DNA from: Octopus sinensis
Taxonomy: Eukaryota
Length of the DNA: 23,967 nucleotides
Direction: 5' to 3'
Assembly (NCBI RefSeq): GCF_006345805.1
Contig: NW_021836503.1
Location: 1-23,967, forward strand
In this document: in pieces, positions 1 through 9,159 of the stretch
Numbering within the stretch: position 1 is the first letter of the stretch
Layout of the letters: each line of letters begins with the position of its first letter
Notes under the pieces: generated by a model
The model's input: only the letters and a program-made list of their open reading frames with translations
Databases searched by the model: none
Told to the model about the DNA's origin: nothing
Program-made: the position numbers and the translations under genes

Positions 1-83
1 TAGATGGAAACTGAAGGATGCTCTTTCTATACATATATTCATATATTTATATACATATATATATATAATATATATATATGCTG

Positions 84-366
84 TTTCTCGAGCCACGTCT
101 GGCTCATAAGCGCTGGTTTCCCGGTTTCCTTGGAGTATATAGGTCCCCCCTCCCCTGGACGGGACGCCGGTCCGTTGCAGGTGACCTGCAAGATGCAGGA
201 GGAAAGAGTGAGAGAAAGTTGTGGCGAAAGAGTCAGCAGAAGTTCGCCATTACCTTCTGCCGGAGCCGCGTGGAGCTTAGGTGTTTCGTTCATAAACGCA
301 CACATCGAACCCGCGATCCCTCGACCGCGAGTTCGCTGCTCTAACCACCAAGCCATGTGCCTCCAC
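84..366 (-). mobile_element. tRNA-derived SINE, family C (head GTGGAGGCACATGGC..TGGTTAGAGCAGCG..CTCGCGGTCG)
   Basis: Minus-strand tRNA-like head with box A-like TGGTTAGAGC and box B-like GGTTCGA. Body is near-identical to copies at 8747-9012 and 19293-19594; small internal deletion after box B. Confidence 0.9.
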
Positions 367-381
367 ACACACACACACACA

Positions 382-416
<35 letters not shown>

Positions 417-821
417 GTGCAGCGAACGAAAATGAAAATTAAATATATTTACATTTCTACTTCATTTTTCCAAATGAGATTTTTATTGTATATACTTTAA
501 AGTGTGTTCATTATTTACAGGAAATTTTGTAGGAAGTGATTAAGAACTAAATAATTCAAAACAGAGAAAATGTTTAATTGAAAAAATACAAGATGGCTAA
601 AATTAGAGAACGTAGAATTCAAATTTAAGAAGTAAAATCTGGCAAAATTCCGACTGATGTAAACTAAGTGGCCTTAACAGTGCGAAGGTTTACATTGAAC
701 AGAAATGAATTAAGAACCATGGGAAGCCGACGTAGAGTTGTTAAACCCGAGGAAGCGAATGGACACACTGAAAAATGGAATGGGATTTTGTTATCGTCAT
801 GGACATTAACTGATCAAATTC

Positions 822-1636
822 AAGGTTTATGAAGAAAGAAGCTCGTTTGAGACCACGGAAAACAAGTGTTTACAAGAAACGTGTGATACAGAGGTTTTCG
901 TTAAGAGACTACTGTTTCGATACTGCTGCAGGATTTCTCAAGTAATTCGTGATTACAGAATGAATAAGACTCGCCGCTTGAAAGAAGCTCGTTTGCGTCA
1001 TTAAAAAAACGAAGGAGACCACAGAAAAAAAAAGTGTTTCAGAGGTTGTCATTAAGAGACTGTTTCGATAATGCTGCCGGAATTTAGGAATTTCTCAAGT
1101 AATTCGTGATTACAGAATGAATATGTCTCGGAAGAGTGTGACTCGTCGCTTGAAAGAAGCTCGTTTGTGTCATTAAAAAAAACGAGGGACACAACAGAAA
1201 ACTAGTGTTTTGCAAGATCGTGTCGTTCAGAGGTTGTCGTTAAGAGACTACTCTTTCACTACTGCTGCAGGAATTAATTTCTCGTCAAGTAACGCGTGAT
1301 TACAGAGTGAATATATCTCGGAAGACTGTGACTCGTCGCTTGAAAGAAGTCGGACTTCATGCCCGTTCCCCCGCCACAAAACCTCTCATCAATATGAAGA
1401 ACTGAGAAGCAAGATTAGTCTTTGCCAACGAGCACGTACTTAGGACAGACGACAACCGATCGCGTGTATTCTTCAGTAACGAAAGCGAGTTTAATTTGGT
1501 TCGTTCCGATGGTAGACAGTACGTGAGACGTTGTGAAGATGAAAGATTGCTCCTTAAATGCACGAAAAAATCAGTGAAGTTTGGAGGTGGGTGTTTCTTG
1601 GCGTGGGGTATGATTTCTGCAGCAGGTACTAGGCCT
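822..1636 (+). pseudogene. Decayed Tc1-family transposase fragment (HTH linker plus N-half of DDE domain)
   Basis: Joining the repeat copies across frameshifts gives KVYEERSSFASLKKR.RPQKTSVLQDRVVQRLSLRD...ISRKTVTRRLKEVGLHARSPATKPLI..N*EARLVFANEH..VFFSNESEFNLVRSDGRQYVRR..CTKKSVKFGGGCFLAWGMISAAG. This matches Tc1 motifs GRPRKT, RRL..GL..R.P.KKP, (W/F)SDESKFNL.GSDGR.YVRR and TVKHGGGSVMVWG. The first catalytic D is mutated to N; stop and frameshifts present. Confidence 0.92.
834..1349 (+). repeat. Three diverged tandem copies (about 146, 172, 190 bp) of the Tc1 HTH-coding segment
   Basis: Anchor GAAAGAAG recurs at 834, 980, 1152 and 1342. Units share CAGAGGTT.TC.TTAAGAGACT, CAAGTAA..CGTGATTACAGA.TGAATA and GACTCG.CGCTTGAAAGAAG. 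Confidence 0.9.
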
Positions 1637-1789
1637 TTCAATTCTCTGGCTTCTATCACATCTTCCTCATTTCGTTTTCAATATAGTGCACTTTTTCACT
1701 TGGCGTTTCTATTTATTTATATACTTTTGTGAACTCTACTTTCATATCTAAGGACCATTGATACGGAGTTTGTAAAATCCTGTACCCAA

Positions 1790-2207
1790 GGTAGGAGTGG
1801 CTGTGTGGTAAGTAGCTTGCTTACCAACCACATGCTTCCGTGTTCAGTCCCACTGCGTGGCACCTTGGGCAAGTGTATTCTGCTATAGCCTCGGGCCGAC
1901 CAAAGCCTTGTGAGTGGATTTGGTAGACGGAAACTGAAAGAAGCCCGTCATATATTTGTAAATATATCTATGTGTATGTGTGTGTGTGTACATATGTGTG
2001 TGTCTGTGTTTGTGTTCCCCCAACATCGCTTGACAACCGATGCTGGTGTGTTTACATCCCTGTAACCTAGCGGTTTGGTAAAAAGAGATCGATAGAATAA
2101 GTACTAGGCTTACAAAGAATAAGTCCTGAGGTCGATTTGCTCGACTAAAGGCGGTGCTCCAGCATGGCCGCAGTCAAATGACTGAAACAAGTAAAAGAGA
2201 GAGTAAG
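1790..2207 (+). mobile_element. tRNA-derived SINE, family A (AGGAGTGGCTGTGTGGTAAG head; CORE-like central domain; internal (GT)n; GTAAAAGA tail)
   Basis: tRNA-like head, GCACCTTGGGCAAGTG segment resembling the CORE-SINE domain, and high identity to the copy at 20900-21310. Confidence 0.9.
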
Positions 2208-2316
2208 GTAAACATTCATTTTGATACCTATTAGTATTGGAGCTACAAGATACATACCAACTCGACTTGGAGCAGACTATGACAAAACTTGGGCCAGTGG
2301 ATATATATATATATAT

Positions 2317-2507
2317 TTAGGGAGAGTTTAGGAAAAAAATCAAAAGACGAAGACAGGTGGTGTACAAAACAAACAGATGTTTGTATAACGCTCAGGAATA
2401 GAAAAAGTCTTTTACGTTTCGAGCCTACGCTCTTCTACAGAAAGGGACACAGAAAAAACAAAGAGAGAAAAAATGTGTGTAGTGGCTAACGATCTATCAT
2501 GGCGTCA
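2317..2507 (-). mobile_element. Short (TA)n-flanked interspersed element carrying a hammerhead-like motif; probable Penelope-derived fragment
   Basis: Bounded by (TA)n on both sides. Shares CGCTCAGGAA...GTTTCGA..GCTCTT with the element at 7100-7312. Confidence 0.55.
2409..2444 (-). ncRNA. Minimal type I hammerhead-like motif, core variant (CUGUAGA)
   Basis: Minus strand: cttt CTGTAGA A GAGC gtag GCTC GAAA CG TA aaag. 4-bp helix I, 4-bp helix II, loopless palindromic ACGT helix III; A6 replaced by U. Confidence 0.5.
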
Positions 2508-2689
2508 TATATATATATATATATATATATATACCGCAGAAAGAGAACTGCGATTTGGAGGGAAAATACGAATTCCTTCGTCTATATGGATTTGGATGTG
2601 CTAACTATCTTCTGTTATTTCCGATGGCGCGGGATCGGGATGCAAGAAGCTGGTAAATAGCATTTGCAAATCTATAATTTTAGTGGATT

Positions 2690-2754
2690 GTTGTGCTGAT
2701 GATAGGAATGAGTTTTTTTTTTTTATAATTCTAACCCAGAAACGCGTCCACAAC
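2690..2754 (+). ncRNA. Type I hammerhead ribozyme motif (PLE-type)
   Basis: gttgtg CTGATGA tagg...ccca GAA ACGCGT C cacaac: canonical core, GUC triplet, perfect 6-bp helix I, palindromic helix III ACGCGT, imperfect helix II around a T12 tract. Confidence 0.75.
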
Positions 2755-2946
2755 TGACCGATGACTGTTTGATTTCCTTACTTTCCTTCTTTTGCCTATG
2801 TGAGTTACAAGTAATGTTATAATGTGGAGCTATATCTGTATTAGATAGGAATAAGCGGTCTTTGGCTGCTATTTCTAAATTTTCGGCATGTGGTTAAGCA
2901 ACTTGTTGCTTAACCCTGTATATATATGTATATATATAATTATATA

Positions 2947-3092
2947 CGTTTTTATTATTATTTTGTAATTTACTTAATCATCGGTATTTTATTGTTATTT
3001 TAATTTAATATTTCTATTATATGTAATTTTCTAGATGGTGTAATTAATTGTTCATTTTGAATTGATATAAAGGTGTTTTTTTCTAATTTTTA
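2947..3092 (+). repeat. AT-rich dispersed repeat, second copy at 20283-20420
   Basis: Shared blocks AATTTACTTAAT, TAATATTTCTATTATATGTAATTTTCTAGATGGTGTA, TTTTGAATTGAT, AAAGGTGTTTTTT.CTAATTT. Confidence 0.85.
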
Positions 3093-3196
3093 TATATATA
3101 TATTATATTATATATGTGAAATTTGATTTAGTATTTCTAAATTGAATTTTTTCCCTGTAAGTTAGGATTAATATTCCCTCAAATAATAATAATTAT

Positions 3197-3245
<49 letters not shown>

Positions 3246-3540
3246 GGGAGAGAATGCAACTCAATTCATGCGAAGCCAATGATGGTGATATCTGGAACAA
3301 TAAAAACTGCATGAGCTTCTAAAGACTTAAACAATAATAAACGGAACACATGATGCTTTTCTTCGCAACCTTACTTCGTAGCAGGTGGTCGGCCAAAATT
3401 AGAAAGTGGAAAAGCAAACGCATACATATTCACACCGTACATACACGTGCACACACACACACAAATATATGTATATATATATATGTTTTATTGATTAAGT
3501 ATGTTTCTCCATTTTCTAATTTGTAGTATATATATTATAA

Positions 3541-3579
<39 letters not shown>

Positions 3580-3692
3580 ACATACAACCATACAGTCTAT
3601 TTATCCCACGCACTGACGCAATAACGCGATAGAGGGAATTTATCGATCGTTTGTGATCATCAAAGCAATCCAACAAATAGTGATCGATACTT

Positions 3693-3847
3693 TTGTTGCT
3701 GTTGTTGTCGTTGTTGTTGTTGTTGTTCTGATGGTGATGGTGTTGCTGCTGGTGATAGTGCTGGCTGTGATGGCGGCGGCCGTGGTGGTGGTGGTGGTGG
3801 TGGTGGTGGTGGTGGTACTGGTGGTGATAGTGGCGGCGGCGGCGCCG
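3693..3847. repeat. Degenerate trinucleotide array (GTT/GAT/GGT/GGC)n
   Basis: Direct reading; it generates the poly-His, poly-Thr and poly-Val ORFs. Confidence 0.85.
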
Positions 3848-4193
3848 ATGTAGCTCCAGGTCAACTTCGATCAATTTCTCCGTAAGATCAAAGATATCGT
3901 AACCAATTATTATCTTTTTTTTCCTTTTTTTTCTCAATTTTACCTACAACTTAATCTGGCATCTTTTGTTCATATTTTCTCGTCTTTGCTTTCTTGTTAA
4001 GACTGCAAGGCTTATAGTTTGAGGGATATGATGCTAGTATTTCTAGCATGACAAGTGACTACAGAAAGGATCCTGATCAGAAAACGTAAAGAAATACGAC
4101 ATTTTGTGCAGTATATGTCATCTTGAGTGTTCTTACGGATTTATTGACGGTCAGCCGATGCGTATTGTTTTCTGTTATACGTGGGGATGCGAA

Positions 4194-4833
4194 GGCGGTG
4201 AGCAGGCAGAATGGTTAGCACGCCGGGCGAAATGCTTAGCGGTATTTCGTCTGCCGCTACGTTCTGAGTTCAAATTCCGCCGAGGTCGACTTTGCCTTTC
4301 ATCCTTTCGGGGTCGATTAAATAAGTACCAGTTACGCACTGGAGTCGATATAATTAACTTAATCCGTTTGTTTTTCCATGTTTGTCCTCTCTGTGTTTAG
4401 CCCCTTGTGGGTAGTAAAGAAATAGGAAATAGGTATTTCGTATGCCGCTACGTTCTGAGTTCAAATTTCGCCGAGGTCGACTTTGCCTTTCATCTTTCCG
4501 GGGTCTATTAAATAAGTACCAGTTACGCACTGGGGTCGATATATATCGACTTAATCTGTTTGTTTGTCCTTGTTTGTCCCCTGTGTGTTTAGCCCCTTGT
4601 GGCTAGTAAAGAAATAGATATTTCGTCTGCCGCTACGTTCTGAGTTCAAATTCCGCCGAGGTGGACTTTGCCTTTCATCCTTCCGGGGTCGATTAAATAA
4701 GTACCAGTTACGCACTGGGGTCGATGTAATCGACTTAATGTCTTTGTCTGTCCTTGTTTGTCCCCTCTATGTTTAGCCCCTTTTGAGTAGTAAAGAAATA
4801 GGTATTTCGTCTGCCGCTTCGTCCTGAGTTCAA
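4194..4833 (+). mobile_element. tRNA-derived SINE family B: one head plus tandem headless units (starts 4241, 4432, 4617, 4801)
   Basis: Head GGCGGTGAGCAGGCAGAATGGTTAGCACGCCGGGCG, then three full units of 184-191 bp (GGTATTTCGTCTGCCGCTACGTTCTGAGTTCAAATTCC...GTAGTAAAGAAATA) and a partial fourth. Confidence 0.92.
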
Positions 4834-4867
4834 TGTTAACTATGTAGCCGGGAACTGATGTATTTCT

Positions 4868-4945
4868 GTGCGGTTCAGAAGTTCGCTCTGTAACGATGTG
4901 GCTTCAGTTTCGATCCCAGTGCATGTCATATCAGGCAAAGTACCT
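4868..4945 (+). mobile_element. Degenerate SINE head (family A-like)
   Basis: GTGCGGTTCAGAAGTTCGCTCTGTAACGATGTGGCTTCAGTTTCGATCCCAGTGC resembles the family A tRNA-like head. Confidence 0.5.
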
Positions 4946-5165
4946 ACTTTTTAAAATTCTTATTACCATGGCTTCAGGTTTACCAATAGCTTGTAAGTTT
5001 CAGTTTCTAAGCAGAAATACAGCACAAGTTCTTTGTCCTTATGTTCTTTTATGGTTTTAATTTTTTGAAGACTTCCTGTAACGAGGGAGATGGTTTGCAA
5101 TACAGATACAAAGTCCATCATTAAACTGTAGATAACAAAAGCTACATCACTTTCTTGAGCATAGG

Positions 5166-5315
5166 AAAAGTCTTGCATAATTTTACTGTTCCCCTTACAG
5201 ATTTTATTTGTCATGTGAGTGTTAGGTGTTTGATCACTTTTTCGGAAAATTCCAGCTTTTGCCGATTGTCACTTAGGTATTTACTTCTAAAACCAAGTTC
5301 GACAATTATTGGGTT
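5166..5315 (-). pseudogene. C-terminal remnant of an RLE-type (R4/Dong-like) non-LTR retrotransposon ORF
   Basis: Minus frame reads NPIIVELGFRSKYLSDNRQKLEFSEKVIKHLTLT*QIKSVRGTVKLCKTF, resembling the R4/Dong-type terminus PIIIGALG...L.KLGF......LQI.SI.GTVKICKTF as I recall it; one in-frame stop. Confidence 0.55.
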
Positions 5316-5522
5316 CAAATTTTGGGACAAGGCCAGCAATTGAATTGTGGGTAAGTTGATTAGATTACCCCCCGGTGCTCAAATGGTACTTATTTTATCG
5401 ACCCCGAAAGGATGAAAGGCAAAGTTGACTTCGGTAGAATTCGAACTCAGAACACAAAGACGGACGAAATGCCGCTAAGCATTTGTCCAGCATGCTAACG
5501 ATTTTGCCAGCTCGACGCCTTA
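5316..5522 (-). mobile_element. SINE family B copy
   Basis: Reverse complement of the family B head and body (ATCGACCCCGAAAGGATGAAAGGCAAAG..GAACTCAGAAC..GCTAACGATTTTGCCAGCTCG). Confidence 0.88.
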
Positions 5523-6257
5523 AACTTCACCAATTATTATTGGTATAAAAATGAATTTATAATCTTGATATAGAAACTGGAGATTTCAAAGCAGAAGCCC
5601 GTAGTTATCCTCTTTCTCTTTGACTTTCCAAGATATATTCACATCACCAGGGCAACCGATCTCTTTGATGGTACACGCTTTATATTTCTCCGTTCAAAGC
5701 GTGTATACCAGCTCCTTTATATTTGCTCTTGGTTGAAGCTTTGATGGGAATGTATGGAAATATGTATGTATGCATGTTTGTGCGTGTGTTTACTTCTGTT
5801 TGCGGTTATGCGGTTTATACAGCACCAGAGTTTACTTAAAAGTATAAAACGATCCAGCAACAAAATCGTGACTTAGACAATCGGTAAAATATCATCAATA
5901 AAACAGAATTGACAAAAATCCTAAGTACAATAACCAGGGCCTTCTTAACAATATTATAGATCACCGGCCGAATCAATACACTGCATCTTACAGTATTTAT
6001 TTATTGACAGTAAGCCACAGCGTACATTGATAATAATCGGAAGGAGACGGTTGGGCGCAGCTATTTAGGCGCTGCGAATTTCGCATGGCTGACTGGCCGG
6101 TTAACTTTGTTTAGTGGTATACCCACACGCTCAGATAGGAGTGAGAAGGAGATGGCATAATGAGATATATTTCAAATATATTTATTGAACATAATTGTAA
6201 AAACATTTCCCTTCTCTTCAGACGCATATAGAAAAACAAACAAGGAGACAGAGAGAG

Positions 6258-6259
6258 AA

Positions 6260-6340
<81 letters not shown>

Positions 6341-6341
6341 G
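6258..6341. repeat. Compound microsatellite (GT)n(GA)n(GACA)n
   Basis: Direct reading. Confidence 0.9.
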
Positions 6342-6640
6342 GGCAGCTGGAGTGAACGGCAAATGCGTTAAAGCGAGAGAAACATTAAAACATCCAATGT
6401 CAAATAAGACGACGTCGAATCAGCAACATCAAATAGGCGGCGACAAAACGGCTGTGTCTAAACGCCTCATATCCTTTCAGAAATGGGCCACTAGACCCCT
6501 GAGGCCTGCGAAAATCTACCCAGTGAGCCCATGCCTTGAGACAGCCCTGAATATACAAACACACACACACACACATATGCATACATACAACCACACACAT
6601 GTATATTATACTTTTATTAGAAGTGTAGTGGCAGTGGCCT

Positions 6641-6670
6641 TGACGTTTCGGCCTGATAGCCTTCGTCGGA
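6641..6670 (-). ncRNA. Degenerate minimal hammerhead-like motif (CCGACGA core)
   Basis: Minus strand: t CCGACGA A GGCt atca gGCC GAAA CG TC a. Helix II and palindromic helix III are present with a GUC triplet; U4 is C and helix I is only 1 bp. Confidence 0.4.
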
Positions 6671-6718
6671 CTTGCTGACTTATGATGACTATGGACTCTT
6701 ATCAAAATACAAATACAT

Positions 6719-6784
6719 GAAGACGGACCAAATGCCGCAAAGCATTTTGTCCGGCGTGCTAATGACTGCCAACATTCCACCTTA
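6719..6784 (-). mobile_element. SINE family B head fragment, degenerate
   Basis: GACGGACCAAATGCCGCAAAGCATTTTGTCCGGCGTGCTAATGACTGCCA matches the reverse complement of the family B head. Confidence 0.7.
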
Positions 6785-6846
6785 CTGAGTGGGAAAATAT
6801 TACGCGGCAAGAGATGTACAGAGCAGGAGAAAGCGAGAGAAAGGAA

Positions 6847-6886
<40 letters not shown>

Positions 6887-6987
6887 GAGTGACAGTCAAA
6901 GAAAGAGATGGAGACAAAGGGGACAGAGACAGGACAGAAGGAGAAGAGACTTTACATTATTCATTTGTGTAGACTGGAGTGCGATAT

Positions 6988-6988
6988 G

Positions 6989-7036
<48 letters not shown>

Positions 7037-7045
7037 TATATATAT

Positions 7046-7078
<33 letters not shown>

Positions 7079-7095
7079 ATACATATATTATATGT
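6988..7095. repeat. (TA)n microsatellite
   Basis: Direct reading. Confidence 0.95.
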
Positions 7096-7099
7096 GTGT

Positions 7100-7311
7100 G
7101 TGTAGTTAATCCAAACATGAAAACACAAAGAGAAAAACACAACACACGCGAGGACGTGGAACAAGTATAGTGTTATTGGTCGCTCAGGAAAGGAAGAAAG
7201 GAGGGTTTAATGTTTCGACTGGAGCTCTTTGTCGGAAACATAGGAAAAGGAAAGGTCCAAGGAAGGAAGACGGAGAAAGAAAATCGCCAACAGTACACAC
7301 GCGGTCACATT

Positions 7312-7312
<1 letters not shown>
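7100..7312 (-). mobile_element. Short (TA)n-flanked element with decayed hammerhead-like motif at 7205-7239
   Basis: Flanked by (TA)n on both sides. Minus strand gttt CCGACAA A GAGC tcca G-TC GAAA CATT aaac; shares CGCTCAGGAA with 2317-2507. Confidence 0.5.
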
Positions 7313-7315
<3 letters not shown>

Positions 7316-7356
<41 letters not shown>

Positions 7357-7371
7357 ATAGATAGATAGATT

Positions 7372-7427
<56 letters not shown>

Positions 7428-7432
7428 CAGAC

Positions 7433-7463
<31 letters not shown>

Positions 7464-7596
7464 TAGCTAGATAGATAGATAGAGAGATAGAGAGAGACAG
7501 AGACAGAGAGGGAGAGAGAGAGACAGACAGACAGATAGATAGACAGACAGTCAGACAGACAGACGGATCGATGGATGGATGGATAGACAGACAGAC

Positions 7597-7628
<32 letters not shown>

Positions 7629-7728
7629 GGATCGATGGATGGATGGATAGACAGACAGACAGACAGACAGACAGATAATATAGATAGATAGATAGATAGA
7701 TAGAGATAGATAGAAGATAGATAGATAG

Positions 7729-7765
<37 letters not shown>

Positions 7766-7766
7766 T

Positions 7767-7805
<39 letters not shown>

Positions 7806-7836
7806 TAGATATAGATAGATAGATAGATAGATAGAT

Positions 7837-7884
<48 letters not shown>
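7316..7884. repeat. Compound microsatellite (TA)n/(GATA)n/(GA)n/(GACA)n/(GGAT)n with internal block duplication
   Basis: Direct reading; GACGGATCGATGGATGGATGGATAGACAG occurs twice. Confidence 0.95.
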
Positions 7885-8475
7885 CAATTTGCATACATGA
7901 CCAAACGCATATGGACATGATTGTAGATTTTGACCGGGTAGATCGATCGATAGACGCAGCGTGCAATTGTTGACTAGCTAGATACGTATGTATAAATAAT
8001 TTTCTGGGTGCCTAGACACGAAGTGTATATGGAGATATGGATTAACCAACCACACACAATGCAGTCTTAAAGCGCCGTTGTACTGACACAATGAACAGAG
8101 TTCACCTCTATAAACACACCACGTCACGTAGTTGTAAGAGACGAAGGCTGTAAATCGATGTTAGTGTCACAGTCACAGTCGGTTGGTGTCTATTTTCGTT
8201 GCGAGTTAGGTGTGGGAGAATTGGTTAATTCATAAATTAGATTAATTATCACAGTGTGTTAATTGACCGAATTTTATGGAACCCCCCGTGGCAGCAGACG
8301 ATGAAAATAACGCCAGCTTTAATATCCTGTTTAATTCGTTAAATATCTGCAATTATTTAACCAACAATATTACCAACAACGACAACAATAACAACGACAA
8401 TGGCATGAAATTAAATCCAGCTTTGTGTCGATGAATTTCAAGAGAAACACCACCGCGACGAAAATAGCGAACCGA

Positions 8476-8543
8476 CTCGAGCAATGCCTGGTTCATTAGG
8501 GCCGGTTTCCCGGTTTCCTTGGCGTATAGGTTCCCCGCCTGGA
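8476..8543 (-). mobile_element. SINE family C 3' fragment
   Basis: GGGCCGGTTTCCCGGTTTCCTTGGCGTATAGGTTCCCC.CCTGGA matches the family C body. Confidence 0.8.
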
Positions 8544-8746
8544 ACTTAATGAATGTAAATAAAACGCATGTGATGTCATGAAGAGTCCCCTTCTAGGTTG
8601 TCAAACTCCTTAAAAAAATATTCCTCAAACATTGCTACTTGCGGTTTAAAGTTAATCATTGACCCAGATCAGATGAGAAACTTGGGCAGTAGTAAGCCTA
8701 GGATATGTGTAAAATATGTGTCATTCTAAATATAATGTAATATTTT

Positions 8747-9012
8747 TGTTCCTTCTCGTGCCACGCTTGGCTCATAAGGGCCTGTTACCCGGTTTCCTTG
8801 GCGTATAGGTTCCCCACCTGGACGGGACGCCGGTCCGTCACAGGTAAGTTGTGGCGAAAGAGTCAGCAGAAGTTCGCCATTACCTTCCGCCGGAGCCGCG
8901 TGGAGCTTAAGTGTTTCGCTCATAAACACACACATCGTCCGGTCTGAGATTCGAACCTGCAATCCCTCGACCGCGAGTCCGCTGCTCTAACCACTAGGCC
9001 ATGTGCCTCCAC
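8747..9012 (-). mobile_element. SINE family C copy (internal deletion)
   Basis: Full tRNA-like head and body; lacks the GCAAGATGCAGGAGGAAAGAG segment. Confidence 0.9.
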
Positions 9013-9159
9013 GAACCTCTACCAAACGCATGGCTAATCTGACAAAGCAGGATGTATCAGAAACGGCCCAGCATCAGACAGACTGCGTAATGTAATTTTT
9101 CATCAGACGTGCCATTTTGAAAGTGCTACAGGCCACAGATTGTCCATGACTGCTCTATA

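Noticed and set aside
84-366. tRNA-like sequences in SINE heads as tRNA genes
   Set aside because: They continue directly into SINE bodies and lack a complete acceptor stem; no true tRNA, rRNA or CRISPR array was seen in the window.
2892-2915. 10-bp perfect stem GGTTAAGCAA/TTGCTTAACC
   Set aside because: Resembles a decayed SINE head segment; short and isolated.
3488-3937. 149-aa His/Gln/Asn-rich ORF
   Set aside because: Produced by a degenerate trinucleotide array running into (TA)n; no recognisable domain and no convincing splice sites.
4241-4431. SINE-B tandem unit as a hammerhead retrozyme monomer
   Set aside because: The size fits, but no CUGANGA/GAAA core is present on either strand of the unit.
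4963-5214. 83-aa minus-strand ORF of ordinary composition
   Set aside because: No recognisable family; it overlaps a different frame with RLE-LINE similarity and likely reads through that element's 3' UTR.
5669-5710. Hairpin TGGTACACGCTTT / AAAGCGTGTATACCA
   Set aside because: Only about 13 bp with a bulge and no extension; too short for a pre-miRNA and plausible by chance.
6055-6077. CGCAGC/GCTGCG inverted repeat around CTATTTAG, possible MEF2 site
   Set aside because: Does not fit the 10-bp YTA(A/T)4TAR consensus, and the stem is only 6 bp.
6200-6225. Minus-strand CTGAAGA..GAAA
   Set aside because: Only 5 nt between the core halves and no helix I, II or III pairing.
7184-7966. Longest ORF in the track (260 aa, YLSI repeats) and similar HT/CV/IY ORFs elsewhere
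   Set aside because: Stop-free reading of GATA/GACA, CA and TA microsatellites.
9095-9110. Minus-strand CTGATGA (similar cases at 9537 and CTGAAGA at 12737)
   Set aside because: No correctly placed GAAA-helix III-UH with helix I pairing; chance heptamers.
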